A DNA stretch of 64,000 bases. Source: an uncultured Methanoregulaceae archaeon. Lineage in GTDB: Archaea > Halobacteriota > Methanomicrobia > Methanomicrobiales > Methanospirillaceae. Shown piece by piece: positions 21,154-32,097 of this stretch. The stretch spans positions 1,984,001 through 2,048,000 of the forward strand of contig CAVTTL010000001.1 in NCBI GenBank assembly GCA_963737635.1. The letters are read 5' to 3'. The first letter of the stretch is position 1. Every line of letters starts with the position of its first letter. A program made the position numbers and the translations under genes. The notes below the pieces were generated by a model. It was given only the letters and a program-made list of their open reading frames with translations. It made no database searches and was not told the origin of the DNA.

Positions 21154-22359
21154 ATGGCTGAGTTACGGATCATCGGGACAGCCCATGTCTCGCAGAAGAG
21201 CGTCGAGGAAGTCCGGGCGGCAATCGAGGAGTTCCAGCCGGATGTCGTAGCGATAGAACTCGACCCGGCCCGTTTTGCGGCACTAAAAAAACAGTCCCGG
21301 GACCCAACAGTCGAAGACGTCTTGGAAGTCAAGAACTTCAACTCCCTGCTCGTCCAATGGCTCCTTTCGTACCTGCAGAGAAAGATCGGCGTCGATGTGG
21401 GTGTCGAACCGGGCGCCGAGATGAAAGCGGCCATTGTGGAAGCTGAAGGGAGGGGGCTCCCGATCGCACTTGTGGACCGCGATATCCGGCTTACCCTTCT
21501 GCGGTTCTGGAAATCCATGGGGATCATCGAGAAGATCAAGATGGTCTTTGCCCTGATCTACTCGATAGCCGAAGTGGATAAAGGCGAGGAGATCGATATC
21601 GAATCCCTCAAGGAACAGAACATTATCGATGCCGTCATGGACGAGTTCCGGCGGTTCTCGCCAAACGGTGCCCATGCGCTGATCGATGAACGCGACGCGT
21701 TCATCGCCCATCAGCTCATCCTTCTAAAGGTCCAGCGGCCGGAGAGCCGCATCCTTGCCATCGTAGGTGCCGGGCACCGGCAGGGCATCACGAATTATGT
21801 CGAACGCCCGCAGACGCTTCCTCCCTTTGATACGCTCACTAAGGAACCGAAATCGTTTCCCTGGGCAAAACTCTTTGGTTTTGGGGTTACCGGGCTTTTT
21901 GCGTTCCTGATCGCGGCTATCGCATTCTCCGGTGTCGGCTTGATGGTGCTTCTTTATGCCCTGCTCTTCTGGGTGATCATCCATGGCGCCCTTGCCGCGG
22001 TGTTTACCCTCATCGCCGGGGGTCACCCCTATTCGGCCCTTACCTGTTTTGCCGTCGCATGGATGACCTCGCTAAATCCCCTGCTCCATGCCGGGTGGTT
22101 TGCCGCGTATGTTGAAGCGAAGGTGCGTAAACCACCAGTCTCGGACTTCCGGAAGATCTATGAGACCGAATCGATCCGGGAAATGGCTCGCATTCCGCTC
22201 TTCAAAGTTGTTTTAGTAGCAGCCTTGGCGAATCTCGGAAGCCTGATTGGGACAGCCCTTTATTTTCTCCTTGTTTTCCCGTTACTCCATCTCAACCCGG
22301 TAACAATCATCTCGTCCGGGCTGCACAATATGTATGTGATGGCAGCCAGCGTGATTTAA
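21154..22359 (+). CDS. TraB/PrgY/GumN family membrane protein
   Basis: IIGTAHVS, VAIELD..R, PGAEM, DRDI..TL, LIDERD, VGAGH, C-terminal TMs. Confidence 0.92.
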   Translation: MAELRIIGTAHVSQKSVEEVRAAIEEFQPDVVAIELDPARFAALKKQSRDPTVEDVLEVKNFNSLLVQWLLSYLQRKIGVDVGVEPGAEMKAAIVEAEGRGLPIALVDRDIRLTLLRFWKSMGIIEKIKMVFALIYSIAEVDKGEEIDIESLKEQNIIDAVMDEFRRFSPNGAHALIDERDAFIAHQLILLKVQRPESRILAIVGAGHRQGITNYVERPQTLPPFDTLTKEPKSFPWAKLFGFGVTGLFAFLIAAIAFSGVGLMVLLYALLFWVIIHGALAAVFTLIAGGHPYSALTCFAVAWMTSLNPLLHAGWFAAYVEAKVRKPPVSDFRKIYETESIREMARIPLFKVVLVAALANLGSLIGTALYFLLVFPLLHLNPVTIISSGLHNMYVMAASVI

Positions 22360-22394
22360 GGCGTAAACCGTCTATATTTTCATAAAATAAGTGT

Positions 22395-22790
22395 TCATTG
22401 GCCCTGATCCGGTGTCTGGGAGGTGCAGGCCTTGATCTCTTGATCGATCCAATCCTGCACGATAAGTTTCATTTGTTGCGGGGTGATGCCCACGGTGCAC
22501 CGGACCCGGATCTCGACTTCGAGGAGATCAAGAATAGGTTGGACAATCCGGAAATAGCCGTCGGCGCCTTTGAAACCACCTGCATGTTCGATATGAACCA
22601 TCACGAGCTCGTTTAAATGAGAGAATTCCCCGGTGATCTCGATGATCTGTTCCAAGTTCATCCCCTTCAGAGATCCATGTGATGGCGCCGGTTCTGCGGA
22701 GGCCCCAGCATGAAAGGGCGAGGAAGATTCTTCTTCCACTGTATTTTCATCAGTACAACTGGCGTGTTGAGTGCTGGAATCCTCATCCAT
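22395..22790 (-). CDS. Hypothetical protein
   Basis: 131-aa ORF with an acidic N-terminus and a globular-looking C-terminus, filling the intergenic gap. Confidence 0.55.
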   Translation of the reverse strand: MDEDSSTQHASCTDENTVEEESSSPFHAGASAEPAPSHGSLKGMNLEQIIEITGEFSHLNELVMVHIEHAGGFKGADGYFRIVQPILDLLEVEIRVRCTVGITPQQMKLIVQDWIDQEIKACTSQTPDQGQ

Positions 22791-22972
22791 AAAGAGTCCC
22801 CGAAATAATCTGCACGTTTATCAGAATGGCTCGTTCCTGCCTCAATAAATAAGTTAGCATCACTCACCTACCGTGCCTGAACAGATGTTCAGAAAAAGAG
22901 AGCATCGGTATTCACACCCGGCAACGACGCATTCCAGAACAATGTGAACGCGTCTTCATTCGCCAGTTTAAG

Positions 22973-24211
22973 TTATTCCAGATGTTTCCCGGCGCGCAAT
23001 CGAATTCCCTGCGCCGCAAGAAAACCGGTCGAGAACGCAGCCTGAAGGTTGAAACCACCGGTGTCACCGTCGATATCCAGAATCTCCCCAGCAAAATACA
23101 ATCCGGGTACCACTTTCGATTCCATTGTTTTTGGATGCACTTCTGAAAGTGCCACACCACCACGCGTAACCATCGCGACCGAGAGGTCTCCCACGGCTAA
23201 AATTTCCAGCGGACATTGGGTGAGGAGATCAATGAGACGGTTACGGTTGGCGGTAGTAAGGTGGGCGCCGGTACTTTCAGACAGGATCCCGGTCATATCA
23301 AGCAGACAGCGGGAAAGCCGCTCGGGAACCCCTATTCCTGCGATAACGGTTTTGATGGTTTTGGAAGGAGCCATCGAAATGCCGGAAAGAATCTTCTGCT
23401 CTATCGAATCTCGTGGGACCGGCCCGACAAACGAAAGCCGGATCTCGTCTCCTGCCCGGATCGCGCGGGAACAATCAAGAATTCCGGGACCGGAGAGACC
23501 GGTGTGCGTGAAGAGCACATCACCCTCCCCGCCAGCGATTTTACGGTTCTTGCGCCAGACCGAAAACGGCATCCCGGGAAAGGTCATGCCGGCCAGGCAG
23601 GTAAACGGGAAATCTGTAATCACAAGAGGAGCAAGCGCTGGACCGATCTCTGCTATCAAATGACCCAGAGACGCCGCCATCCGGTAGCCGTCCCCGGTAG
23701 ATCCGTCCCGGGATACGATGCCCCACCGGTGGCAAGAACAAGGTTTTTTGAAAAGAATTCCCGGTCAGTCGTGTGGATGGCGAAGCCTGTCTTGGTATAA
23801 CCGATTTGTTTGACCGGTTCACTGCACTGCAGGACGACGCCCCGGTCCTTGCATTCTTGAACCAAGATATCGCAGACATCACGAGCGCTCCGGCTCGCCG
23901 GAAAGATCTTGCCTTCCTTGGTTGTCTCAACAGGAAGACCGCGTTCTGCAAAAAAGCGGATGAGTGCCTGATTAGGAAAGGATAAAAGTGCCGGCTTGAG
24001 AAACAGCCCATGCGAACCGTACCGGGAAAAAAATGTCCGTATATCGCCATCATGCGTAATATTGCACTGGCCAGTGCCGGAAATGTTCAGTTTCACCCCG
24101 GGACGGGGATTTTTTTCCAAGATAAGCACGCGAAAATCCGGGCCAGCCACATGGATCGCGCAGGAAAGGCCGCGGGCCGGCACCGATAATGGCGACATCG
24201 TACTGGTCCAC
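22973..24211 (-). CDS. BaiN/HI0933-family NAD(P)/FAD-dependent oxidoreductase; frameshifts near 24173 and 23704
   Basis: YDVAIIGAG, KLNISGTGQCNITH, GKIFP, LATGGASYPG, LFTHTGLSGP, VTRGGV, GEILDIDGDTGGFNLQAAFSTG. Confidence 0.9.
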
Positions 24212-24329
24212 AGGTCACCTGCACGGATTATCTCTTTTCGCAGGCACTTGAACTTTGCATTGTCCTTGTCAACATGCTCCTGATCAGGATATCACTTTCC
24301 GGTTTATCTGAAAAGAGCTAAAACAGGTT

Positions 24330-24605
24330 TTATTGACATTTCTTTCTGAACCATTCTGCATAATGCCGGCGCAATTCTTCGGACTCCTCCGGAGTAAAAT
24401 CCTTTTTTTTATAGGCATGCAGGTGTTTTTCCATCTGCCGTATGATATGTTCCGCGTCGTGGTAATCCTCAACTTCGAGATATGCAGGAACTTTAGAGAC
24501 CTCATATGCATGACCACAGACCGGGCACAGTTTCCATTTCTGGAACCGGTCCACGTAGGTGAATGCCCGGCACCCCGGACACCGGAGAATGTGGTACATA
24601 ATCAT
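24330..24605 (-). CDS. DUF1922-like zinc-ribbon protein
   Basis: YHILRCPGC..FTY....KWKLCPVCG. Confidence 0.75.
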   Translation of the reverse strand: MIMYHILRCPGCRAFTYVDRFQKWKLCPVCGHAYEVSKVPAYLEVEDYHDAEHIIRQMEKHLHAYKKKDFTPEESEELRRHYAEWFRKKCQ

Positions 24606-24789
24606 GAGGTCTTCAGTGTGTCCCCTATAAAAATTTATTGATATCCGATGCTGATCCCGGGAAAGAGTTGTATATTACGCTGTTCCGCTCGCAGATGGAT
24701 CCGGCAGATCAGCGGGTTCATGTTTTTACCGGGAATTAAAAACCAAACGAAACCCCTATATCGTGCGATTACCTCATAGAACCAGTACT

Positions 24790-25542
24790 ATGGAGAATAT
24801 TGTCGTCACAGGTATCCGGGGACTTCCCCTCATAAAGGCCGGTGATAATATTGCGGCGATGATCTGTGAGAGAGTGATCATAGAAGATGGAGATATTATC
24901 TCTATTGCCTCCACCGTATACTCGAAGGCAAAAGGGTATACAAAATCTCTCTCGGAAATCTCGCCTTCACCCCGGGCGATACGACTGGGGAAACTCAATG
25001 GAGAAGACCCGCGTTTTGTCCAGGCTGTACTCGATGCTTCGCAGGACATCATCATGGAGTATCCCTTCATTCTTTCTGAACTCTCCTTTGGCCATATCGG
25101 AGTTCGGGCCGGAGTCGATCAGAGCAATATTGATGATGGCAGGGTAATCTTCCTTCCATCCGACCCCATGGAAGCGGCAGGAAAGGTCAGAGAAGAGATC
25201 CGGCAGATTACCGGAAAAACGATAGGTGTGATTATCACAGATACCTGCGGCCGTTCATTCAGGAGAGGACAGACCGGGCACGCAATCGGGTGGAGCGGGT
25301 TTACCGCTATCCGGGATTTCCGGGGCGATATAGACCTCTTCGGTCACGAGCTCAAGATTACGGAAGAGGCTGTGGTGGACGAAATTGCCGGATTTGCCAA
25401 CTTTGTTATGGGCGAGAGCAATAATGGCGTCCCGGCGGTACTGTTCCGTAACTGCCCTTCATGGACCGGCCATGACAACCTGTATTTCTCAAAAACCGAA
25501 GATATTACCCGCAGGTTGCTTAAGGAAAACTGCCCTTCGTAA
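24790..25542 (+). CDS. cofE: Coenzyme F420-0:L-glutamate ligase
   Basis: GLPLIKAGD, SKAKG, AGVDQSN, GVIITDTCGRSFRRGQTG.AIG, DLFGHEL, DEIA..VMGE. Confidence 0.93.
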   Translation: MENIVVTGIRGLPLIKAGDNIAAMICERVIIEDGDIISIASTVYSKAKGYTKSLSEISPSPRAIRLGKLNGEDPRFVQAVLDASQDIIMEYPFILSELSFGHIGVRAGVDQSNIDDGRVIFLPSDPMEAAGKVREEIRQITGKTIGVIITDTCGRSFRRGQTGHAIGWSGFTAIRDFRGDIDLFGHELKITEEAVVDEIAGFANFVMGESNNGVPAVLFRNCPSWTGHDNLYFSKTEDITRRLLKENCPS

Positions 25543-25576
25543 GGGAAAAAGCGGATCCGGTCTTTTTTGAACCGGG

Positions 25577-25747
25577 TTATGCTGCAGTGCCGTACAGGAT
25601 ATTGAAGACCATGACAATAATACCGATCACCGCGGCGATTGCCATAACGGTAATGGGACTGATATGAACTGCACGACGATCCTCGCTCTCGTAATAGTTA
25701 ACGAGACCCGCCGATGAGAGTAATCTTCCACCTTGCTTCTTTGCCAT
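25577..25747 (-). CDS. secG: Preprotein translocase subunit Sec61beta
   Basis: MAKKQGGRLLSSAGLVNYYESED..ISP plus one TM helix. Confidence 0.92.
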   Translation of the reverse strand: MAKKQGGRLLSSAGLVNYYESEDRRAVHISPITVMAIAAVIGIIVMVFNILYGTAA

Positions 25748-25795
25748 ACAAATATATTTCATTTTTCGATATATAAAAGAGAGACACGGTAAACC

Positions 25796-26840
25796 ATGAA
25801 CGACCACCAGATCCTGTCCGGTCACGCCCTGCTCGGTGAAGATCTCTTACTCCGGCCGGTCGATATTGTTATCGAGAAGGGTCATATCTCCGCAGTCGAA
25901 GAGAATCCCCGGGCCCCCTCGTTCTGGATCTGCCCAGCTTTTTCGACGCCCACACGCATCTTGCTGACACGATTGCCACGGATTGCGGCGGCACCGGGGA
26001 TCTGGTAAGCATGGTAACCCCGCCTGACGGCCTCAAGCACCGGCTTCTCTCTGCCGCGTCACCGGAAGACCTCATCGCAGGGATGCGAGCCTCCATCGAT
26101 GGTATGATCCGATCCGGGACATTTGGATGCGCGGATTTTCGAGAGGGCGGCAGAAGCGGTGTGAACGCGCTCCGGGAAGCCACCGTAGGTCTCGACTTCG
26201 AGCCCGTCATCTTCGGGAGGGAGGGGGGGAAAATGTTGCCGAGGGTCTCGGCGTGAGCAGCGCCCGTGACACAGCCGGGTTGGAACATCAGGTAAGGGCC
26301 GCCCGGAACGCCGGAAAACGGATCGCGTTCCACGCAGGAGAGCGCGACAACGCTGATATTGATGAAGCGCTTTCCTTTGAACCGGATCTCCTTGTTCACA
26401 TGACCCATGCGACTAAAAAACAGCTCCGCGCTTGTGCGGACCAGGAGATTCCGATCGCAGTCTGCCCCCGTTCCAACTGGATACTGGGCGTAACCGCATC
26501 GGCCCGGTATCCCCCTTTGCATACAATGCTCGAACTCGGCTGTACGATAATGCTTGGCACAGACAATGTGATGTTTGTCCCTCCGGATATGTTCTCAGAA
26601 ATGGCCTTTACATCGACGATATATCGTCTCGATCCAAAGACTGTGTTCCGGTCTGCAGTGGCAGGATCGCAGTTAACCGGCTCACCGTTCTTTATCCGGA
26701 AAGGGGGACGCGCAGCCCTCTTTACGTTCGATCCGGGTCGCTCAGCTCTTTCTTTCAGCCGCGATCCCTTATCCTCTCTGGTAAATCGTGCTCAATTGGG
26801 GACAATCGGGAATAACGTTTTTAATTTGAAAACTCAATAA
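25796..26840 (+). CDS. Amidohydrolase family protein; frameshifts near 25940 and 26225
   Basis: (F)DAHTHLADT, DFREGG, FHAGE, VHMTHA, VCPRSN, LGTDN metal-binding motifs. Confidence 0.88.
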
Positions 26841-26863
26841 AAATGGCATGTTTGTTTTGGGTG

Positions 26864-27298
26864 ATGCCAGTGTTTACTAACATACTCGTAGCCATCGACG
26901 GTTCAAACGCAAGTGACCAAGCGATCGAACGGGCCGTCGACGAGGCAAAAGTGTGGAACGCAAAGCTCCACGCCGTTTACGTAGTAGAAACCGGTCTCTT
27001 CTCATCCCTCCCGTCAGATAATAACGTTGAGATAATGTACCGCGTACTGGAGAACGAGGGAAAGGCCGTCCTTGAGAAAGCGAAGAAGACTGCGGCACTA
27101 AGCGGCGTTTCTCTCGTCTCTCATGTAAAACATGGCCATGCCGGCACCGAGATCATTGCACTTGCGCATAAAGAGAAAGTGGATCTCATTATTTCCGGCT
27201 CCCATGGAAAGAGCAAAACCGACACTCTCCTCTTGGGAAGTGTCAGCACCTATATAACAACACACAGTACGGTCACGACAATGGTGGTGAGATCATAA
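26864..27298 (+). CDS. Universal stress protein
   Basis: ILVAIDGS..DLIISGSHGKS...LLGSVS. Confidence 0.93.
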   Translation: MPVFTNILVAIDGSNASDQAIERAVDEAKVWNAKLHAVYVVETGLFSSLPSDNNVEIMYRVLENEGKAVLEKAKKTAALSGVSLVSHVKHGHAGTEIIALAHKEKVDLIISGSHGKSKTDTLLLGSVSTYITTHSTVTTMVVRS

Positions 27299-27303
27299 CG
27301 GAT

Positions 27304-28152
27304 ATGTTAGTTAAGGACTATATGACCTCGGATGTTGTCCATGTTGACATTCCCGGTAACCGCGACGATGTCCTCAAGATCTTAAAAAGGACGGGCATAT
27401 CAGGTGTTCCGGTTCTCAAGAACAAGAAACTGGTCGGCATTATCACCCGTAAAGATTTGTTGCGCAAACCCGAAGAGACCCAGCTTGGGCTTCTCATGGC
27501 ATCAAAACCGATTACGATCGGCCCGGATGCGGATATCCACGATGCTGCCCGACTGCTCGTCAAGCATCGCATCCGAAGATTGCCTGTGGTCGAGGATAAC
27601 AAGCTGATCGGCCTGCTCTCGGTAGCCGACCTGATTCACGCAATCGCCCAGATGAAAATAAAAGAAGAAATTAAGGATACCTACACGAGCACGACCTTTG
27701 CCCTCTGGGAGGACACACCTCTCCCGCTCGTGGGACGGGTTATGGAAATCTCCGGGGTCGACGCCATTCCTATCCTGAATTCCGATAGCGTACTTCAAGG
27801 CATAATTTCAGAACGCGACCTCATCAGGAATTCGAGCATCGAGGATTCAGTCGGGGTAAGTGACTTCTCCAACGGCACCGATGATGACGAATGGACATGG
27901 GAGAGTATCCGGGATAACCATACGATCAGTTTCGGTATCTCCCGGGTGCAGCTACCTAACCGGCCGGTAAAACTTGCGATGGTCAAAAATGTCGTAGCGG
28001 TTCCCAAGAATTCAGAGGTCAGCGAATGCGCACTCAAGATGCGCAGGTCACGGGTCGACCAGTTGCCGGTAATCAACGGTGACAAGCGTCTGGTGGCCAT
28101 GCTCTATGACCGGGATCTCATCCGGGTCCTTGCCAAAGAAGATGCAGAATAA
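27304..28152 (+). CDS. CBS domain protein (two CBS pairs)
   Basis: VKDYMT, ISGVPV..LVGIIT..DL, IRRLPVV, QLPVI repeats. Confidence 0.92.
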   Translation: MLVKDYMTSDVVHVDIPGNRDDVLKILKRTGISGVPVLKNKKLVGIITRKDLLRKPEETQLGLLMASKPITIGPDADIHDAARLLVKHRIRRLPVVEDNKLIGLLSVADLIHAIAQMKIKEEIKDTYTSTTFALWEDTPLPLVGRVMEISGVDAIPILNSDSVLQGIISERDLIRNSSIEDSVGVSDFSNGTDDDEWTWESIRDNHTISFGISRVQLPNRPVKLAMVKNVVAVPKNSEVSECALKMRRSRVDQLPVINGDKRLVAMLYDRDLIRVLAKEDAE

Positions 28153-28236
28153 CAACCTTTAAATTTTCCAGTGTCATCTAATACCATAAAACGCTTTTAA
28201 TTGATTTTTAGCGTTCATTTGTTTTTGAGGTGTAAT

Positions 28237-28879
28237 ATGCCTGAACAATATCAGGAATCTATGACGGGGACAACGACGGTGGGTCTGGTATTTGCCGGAG
28301 GGGTGATCCTTGCCACTGAGAAGCGTGCAACCATGGGATACCTGATTGCAAGCAAGCGTGCAAAGAAAGTCTACCAAATCGCTGGTAGGATCGGTATGAC
28401 TATTGCCGGCGGAGTAGGAGACGCCCAGCAGCTGGCCCGGATTATAACGGTCGAGTGTAACCTGTACCAGATACGCAGGTCGAGGGCGATTACAGTGGGG
28501 GCGGCTTCAACCCTCCTCTCTAATTACTTAAACCAGAACCGATATTTCCCGTATTATGTCCAGTTGCTTGTTGGCGGCATCGATGAACACGGGCCGAGCG
28601 TCTACTCGGTCGATGCGATGGGCGGCGCAACCAAGGAAGAGGATATTGTCTCGACTGGTTCAGGATCCCCCATGGCCTATGGCGTGCTGGAAGACCGGTA
28701 CCACCCGGGCATGAGCGAGGATGAAGCCACCGAGCTTGCAGGTACGTGCACTCAGGTCTGCTATGAAACGAGATGCCGGTTCCGGTGAAGGAATCCATGT
28801 TGTTATCATTACCAAGGATAAGTATCAGGAACTCAATGAGGATCAGCTCAAAAAATATCTCGCCAAAAATTCCGCATAA
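28237..28879 (+). CDS. psmB: Proteasome subunit beta; frameshift near 28741
   Basis: Propeptide followed by TGTTTVG, ATEKRAT, GGVGDAQ, TGSGSP; shifted C-terminus AVRALRSAMKRDAGSG. Confidence 0.95.
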
Positions 28880-28903
28880 TCTCTTTTTAGGACGTCTTTT
28901 GTT

Positions 28904-30826
28904 ATGTTGATTGAAGATCGGCTCAAAGAGCTCAAGGATAAGATTAATGAGCGGGTGCCAGCAGGCATCAAGGTAACTGAGGTTGAATTCGAAGGACCCG
29001 AACTGGTCATCTACACTGATGACCCCAAACGGTTCGCCGACGAAGCCGACCTCATCCGGATCCTTGCCCGCGACCTCCGGAAACGTATTGTCGTCCGTCC
29101 CACCATCCTTGAAGACCCGGAAAAAGCGGCAACAGAAATAAGGGCAGTAGTACCGGAATCTTCTGGCATTACGGACATTTTTTTCGACCCGGATACCGGA
29201 GAAGTCCTCATAGAGGCAGAAAAGCCCGGCGTTGTTATCGGTAAGAACGGGATCACCTTACGGGAGATCACTAAACACATTGGCTGGACACCAAAGGTTG
29301 TCCGCACCCCTCCCATCGAAAGCAGTACCGATAAAGCAGATCCGCCAGTACCTGCGCTCGGTCAACGAGGAACGCAAAATGTTCCTCCGCACCATCGGGC
29401 GAAGGATCCACCGCGACATCCCGGGCCGCGATGACGCAAACAAAGACGCTCCCCGGAAAGACCAATGGGTGCGGGTTACTACTCTTGGGTGCTGTCGCGA
29501 AGTCGGCCGGGCCGCTTTCCTGCTCACCACTCCGGACAGTCGCGTCCTCATCGATTGCGGGGAAAAACCGGACAACTCAAACGGCACTCCCTACCTGTAC
29601 GTACCCGGAAATACACCCTCTTGCCCAGCTCGATGCCGTTGTCCTTACCCACGCGCACCTCGACCACTGTGCACTCATCCCACTCCTCTACAGGTACGGG
29701 TACGAAGGGCCGGTCTATTCGACCCCTCCGACCCGGGATCTCTCCGCGATGCTCCAGCTTGACTACCTGGACGTAATTAATAAGGAAGATCGTAAGATCC
29801 CATACAGTTCCAATGAGGTCAAGACGTACATCCGGCATTCGATTACACTCAATTATGGCAGTGTCACTGACATCGCGCCGGACATCAGGCTCACGTTCCA
29901 TAATGCAGGGCATATTCTGGGATCTGCGATCGCCCATTTCCACATCGGCGATGGTTTATACAACATAGCGTTCACCGGGGACTTCAACTACAGCAAAAGC
30001 CGTCTTTTTAACCCGGCCATCAACCAGTTCCCCCGGCTGGAGGCGCTTTTCATGGAGAGCACCTACGGCGGCTCAAACGACTTTCAGCCACCCCGTTCGG
30101 ATGCTGAGCTCAAGCTGTATGAGACCATTAACAAGGTGCTCTCACGTGGCGGCAAGGTGATCATACCCGCATTTGCTGTTGGCAGGTCTCAGGAAGTCAT
30201 GCTCGCCCTTGAAGAGGGTATGCGTCTTGGCAAGATCCCGCAGGTCAAGATCTACCTCGACGGCATGATCCGCGAGGCAACAGCAATCCACACCACCTAC
30301 CCGGAGTACCTCAATAACGATCTCCGCAACCTGATCTTCCGGGAGGGGATGAATCCCTTCCTCGCTGATTGTTTCCAACAAGTGGACTCTTCCGATCTCC
30401 GGGATAAAGTGATCAACGGCGACCCGTGCGTGATCATATCCACAAGTGGCATGCTCAACGGCGGGCCCGTCATGGAGTACCTGCTTAACCTCGCAGAAGA
30501 TGAGAGAAATGCACTTGTCTTTGTCGGGTACCAGGCAGATGGCACACAGGGACGCCGCATCCAGAAAGGATGGCGCGAGGTACCCCTTGGCCGGAAAAGG
30601 AACTATTACGATAAACCTCGAGATCGACACCATTGACGGGTTCTCGGGGCATTCCGATCGCCGCCAGCTGATGAATTACATTGGCCAGATCCAGCCCCGG
30701 CCTGAGAAAATCTTCTGCATCCACGGTGACGAAAACAATACCATTGACCTTGCCAGCTCCATCTACAAACGCTACCATATCCAGACACATTCGCCGATGA
30801 ATCTTGAGACGTACCGCATGGTATAA
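28904..30826 (+). CDS. fttA: Beta-CASP ribonuclease aCPSF1 (FttA); frameshifts near 29328, 29605 and 30596
   Basis: KH domains, REVGR, THAHLDH, AGHILGS, MESTYG, AVGRSQE, FSGHSDR, HGDE; adjacent to psmB. Confidence 0.95.
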
Positions 30827-30837
30827 CCCGGATATCC

Positions 30838-31928
30838 ATGAAGGCATACCTCTTTGTTGTCTGCCTGGGCGTATTTGCGGTTATGGCCCTCTCCAACGCG
30901 ATTGTCCCGGTGCTGCCCGGCGTTTGCCACCGGCCCTGCGTGGGAAGGTGCCATCTATGCCGCGTATTTTCTGGGGGCGTTTTTATCGACGCTCCCGGGG
31001 GGTATCCTCTCCGATCGATATGGTAGGACACCAATCATCCGTGCGGGCCTCGCGCTCACTGTCGCAAGCGGGGCATTGCTTTTCTCTACCACCGGGCAGC
31101 TGCCGGTACTTGTCCTCCGTTTGGTAGAAGGTGTCGGTGCCGGTCTCTTTATCGCTGCCGGGATGTCGTATGTCAACACGCAGCCTGATCACACCCGCCT
31201 GAGCGGCTATTATCTGGCAATGCTCAATTTCGGGCTCGTTATCGGGCTTGCCGCATCCGGCTGGCTCGCCATCCGGTTTGTGCAGCCTGCTCTCGGAATT
31301 GGCGTCTTTACAGTACTCTCACTTGCAGCTCTGGTTTCAAGTGTTTTTATCGGCGAGACGCTAAGGCCGGTTCATTCACCGGAAGCTCGGTTTCCGGGAA
31401 ACGGGAGAATGTAACAGGGGACTCCAGTTACGGGAGATCGTCGCACTTTCCATCTCCCACTGCCCATTGTGGTATTCCGCAATCATTCTCGTTGGCATTA
31501 CGGGAGCGGTCACCTCGCTGTACCCTTCATTTTCCGGTGAACCTGCGGATGTTCTCGGTCTGTGGATCGCTGGCATGAGCGTGACGACCATTTTCACCGT
31601 CCTTGTCTTCTCCCGGTTTTCGGTCCCGGCACTACCCGCAATCCGGTGGTCGGCGGTGCTCATGATAGGCGGCGTCATCCTGACGTATAAATCCCCGCTC
31701 GGGTTCGTTGTGCTCGGTGCTTTAGCCGGGATCGTTATGGTTGCCCAGATGACCGTCCTTGCCAAGGAGGAGCATCAGGGATGTATCATGGGCCTCTTTT
31801 CGACTTCCAGTTATCTTGGCATGACGATACTTCCTTTTATTGCCGGAATTATTGCTACAGTGGCAGGTTTTTTTGACGCATTCCTTTTTACCGCGATCCT
31901 TGGAGCGACAGTTGCCTTATTGCTGTGA
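30838..31928 (+). CDS. MFS transporter; frameshifts near 30917 and 31393
   Basis: GILSDRYGR motif A, LRLVEGVGAG, about 12 TM helices across frames. Confidence 0.85.
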
Positions 31929-32097
31929 CCCCCCTCGCGAAAAATCGGCAAGGGTGCCCGGCTGGAGCAATCCTTCTCCCGGAACCCGATTTGCAGGTCA
32001 CCCATGGAATCAATGAAATCTGGTTCGGCCCAATATCCATTTCGAGTGTTTTATATTATCAGTCGTTCAATATCTGGATGCTGTTCAGGAATACTCC

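Noticed and set aside
21154-22359. TraB as evidence of a conjugative element
   Set aside because: It belongs to the TraB/PrgY/GumN family, a common chromosomal archaeal gene; no transfer genes are nearby.
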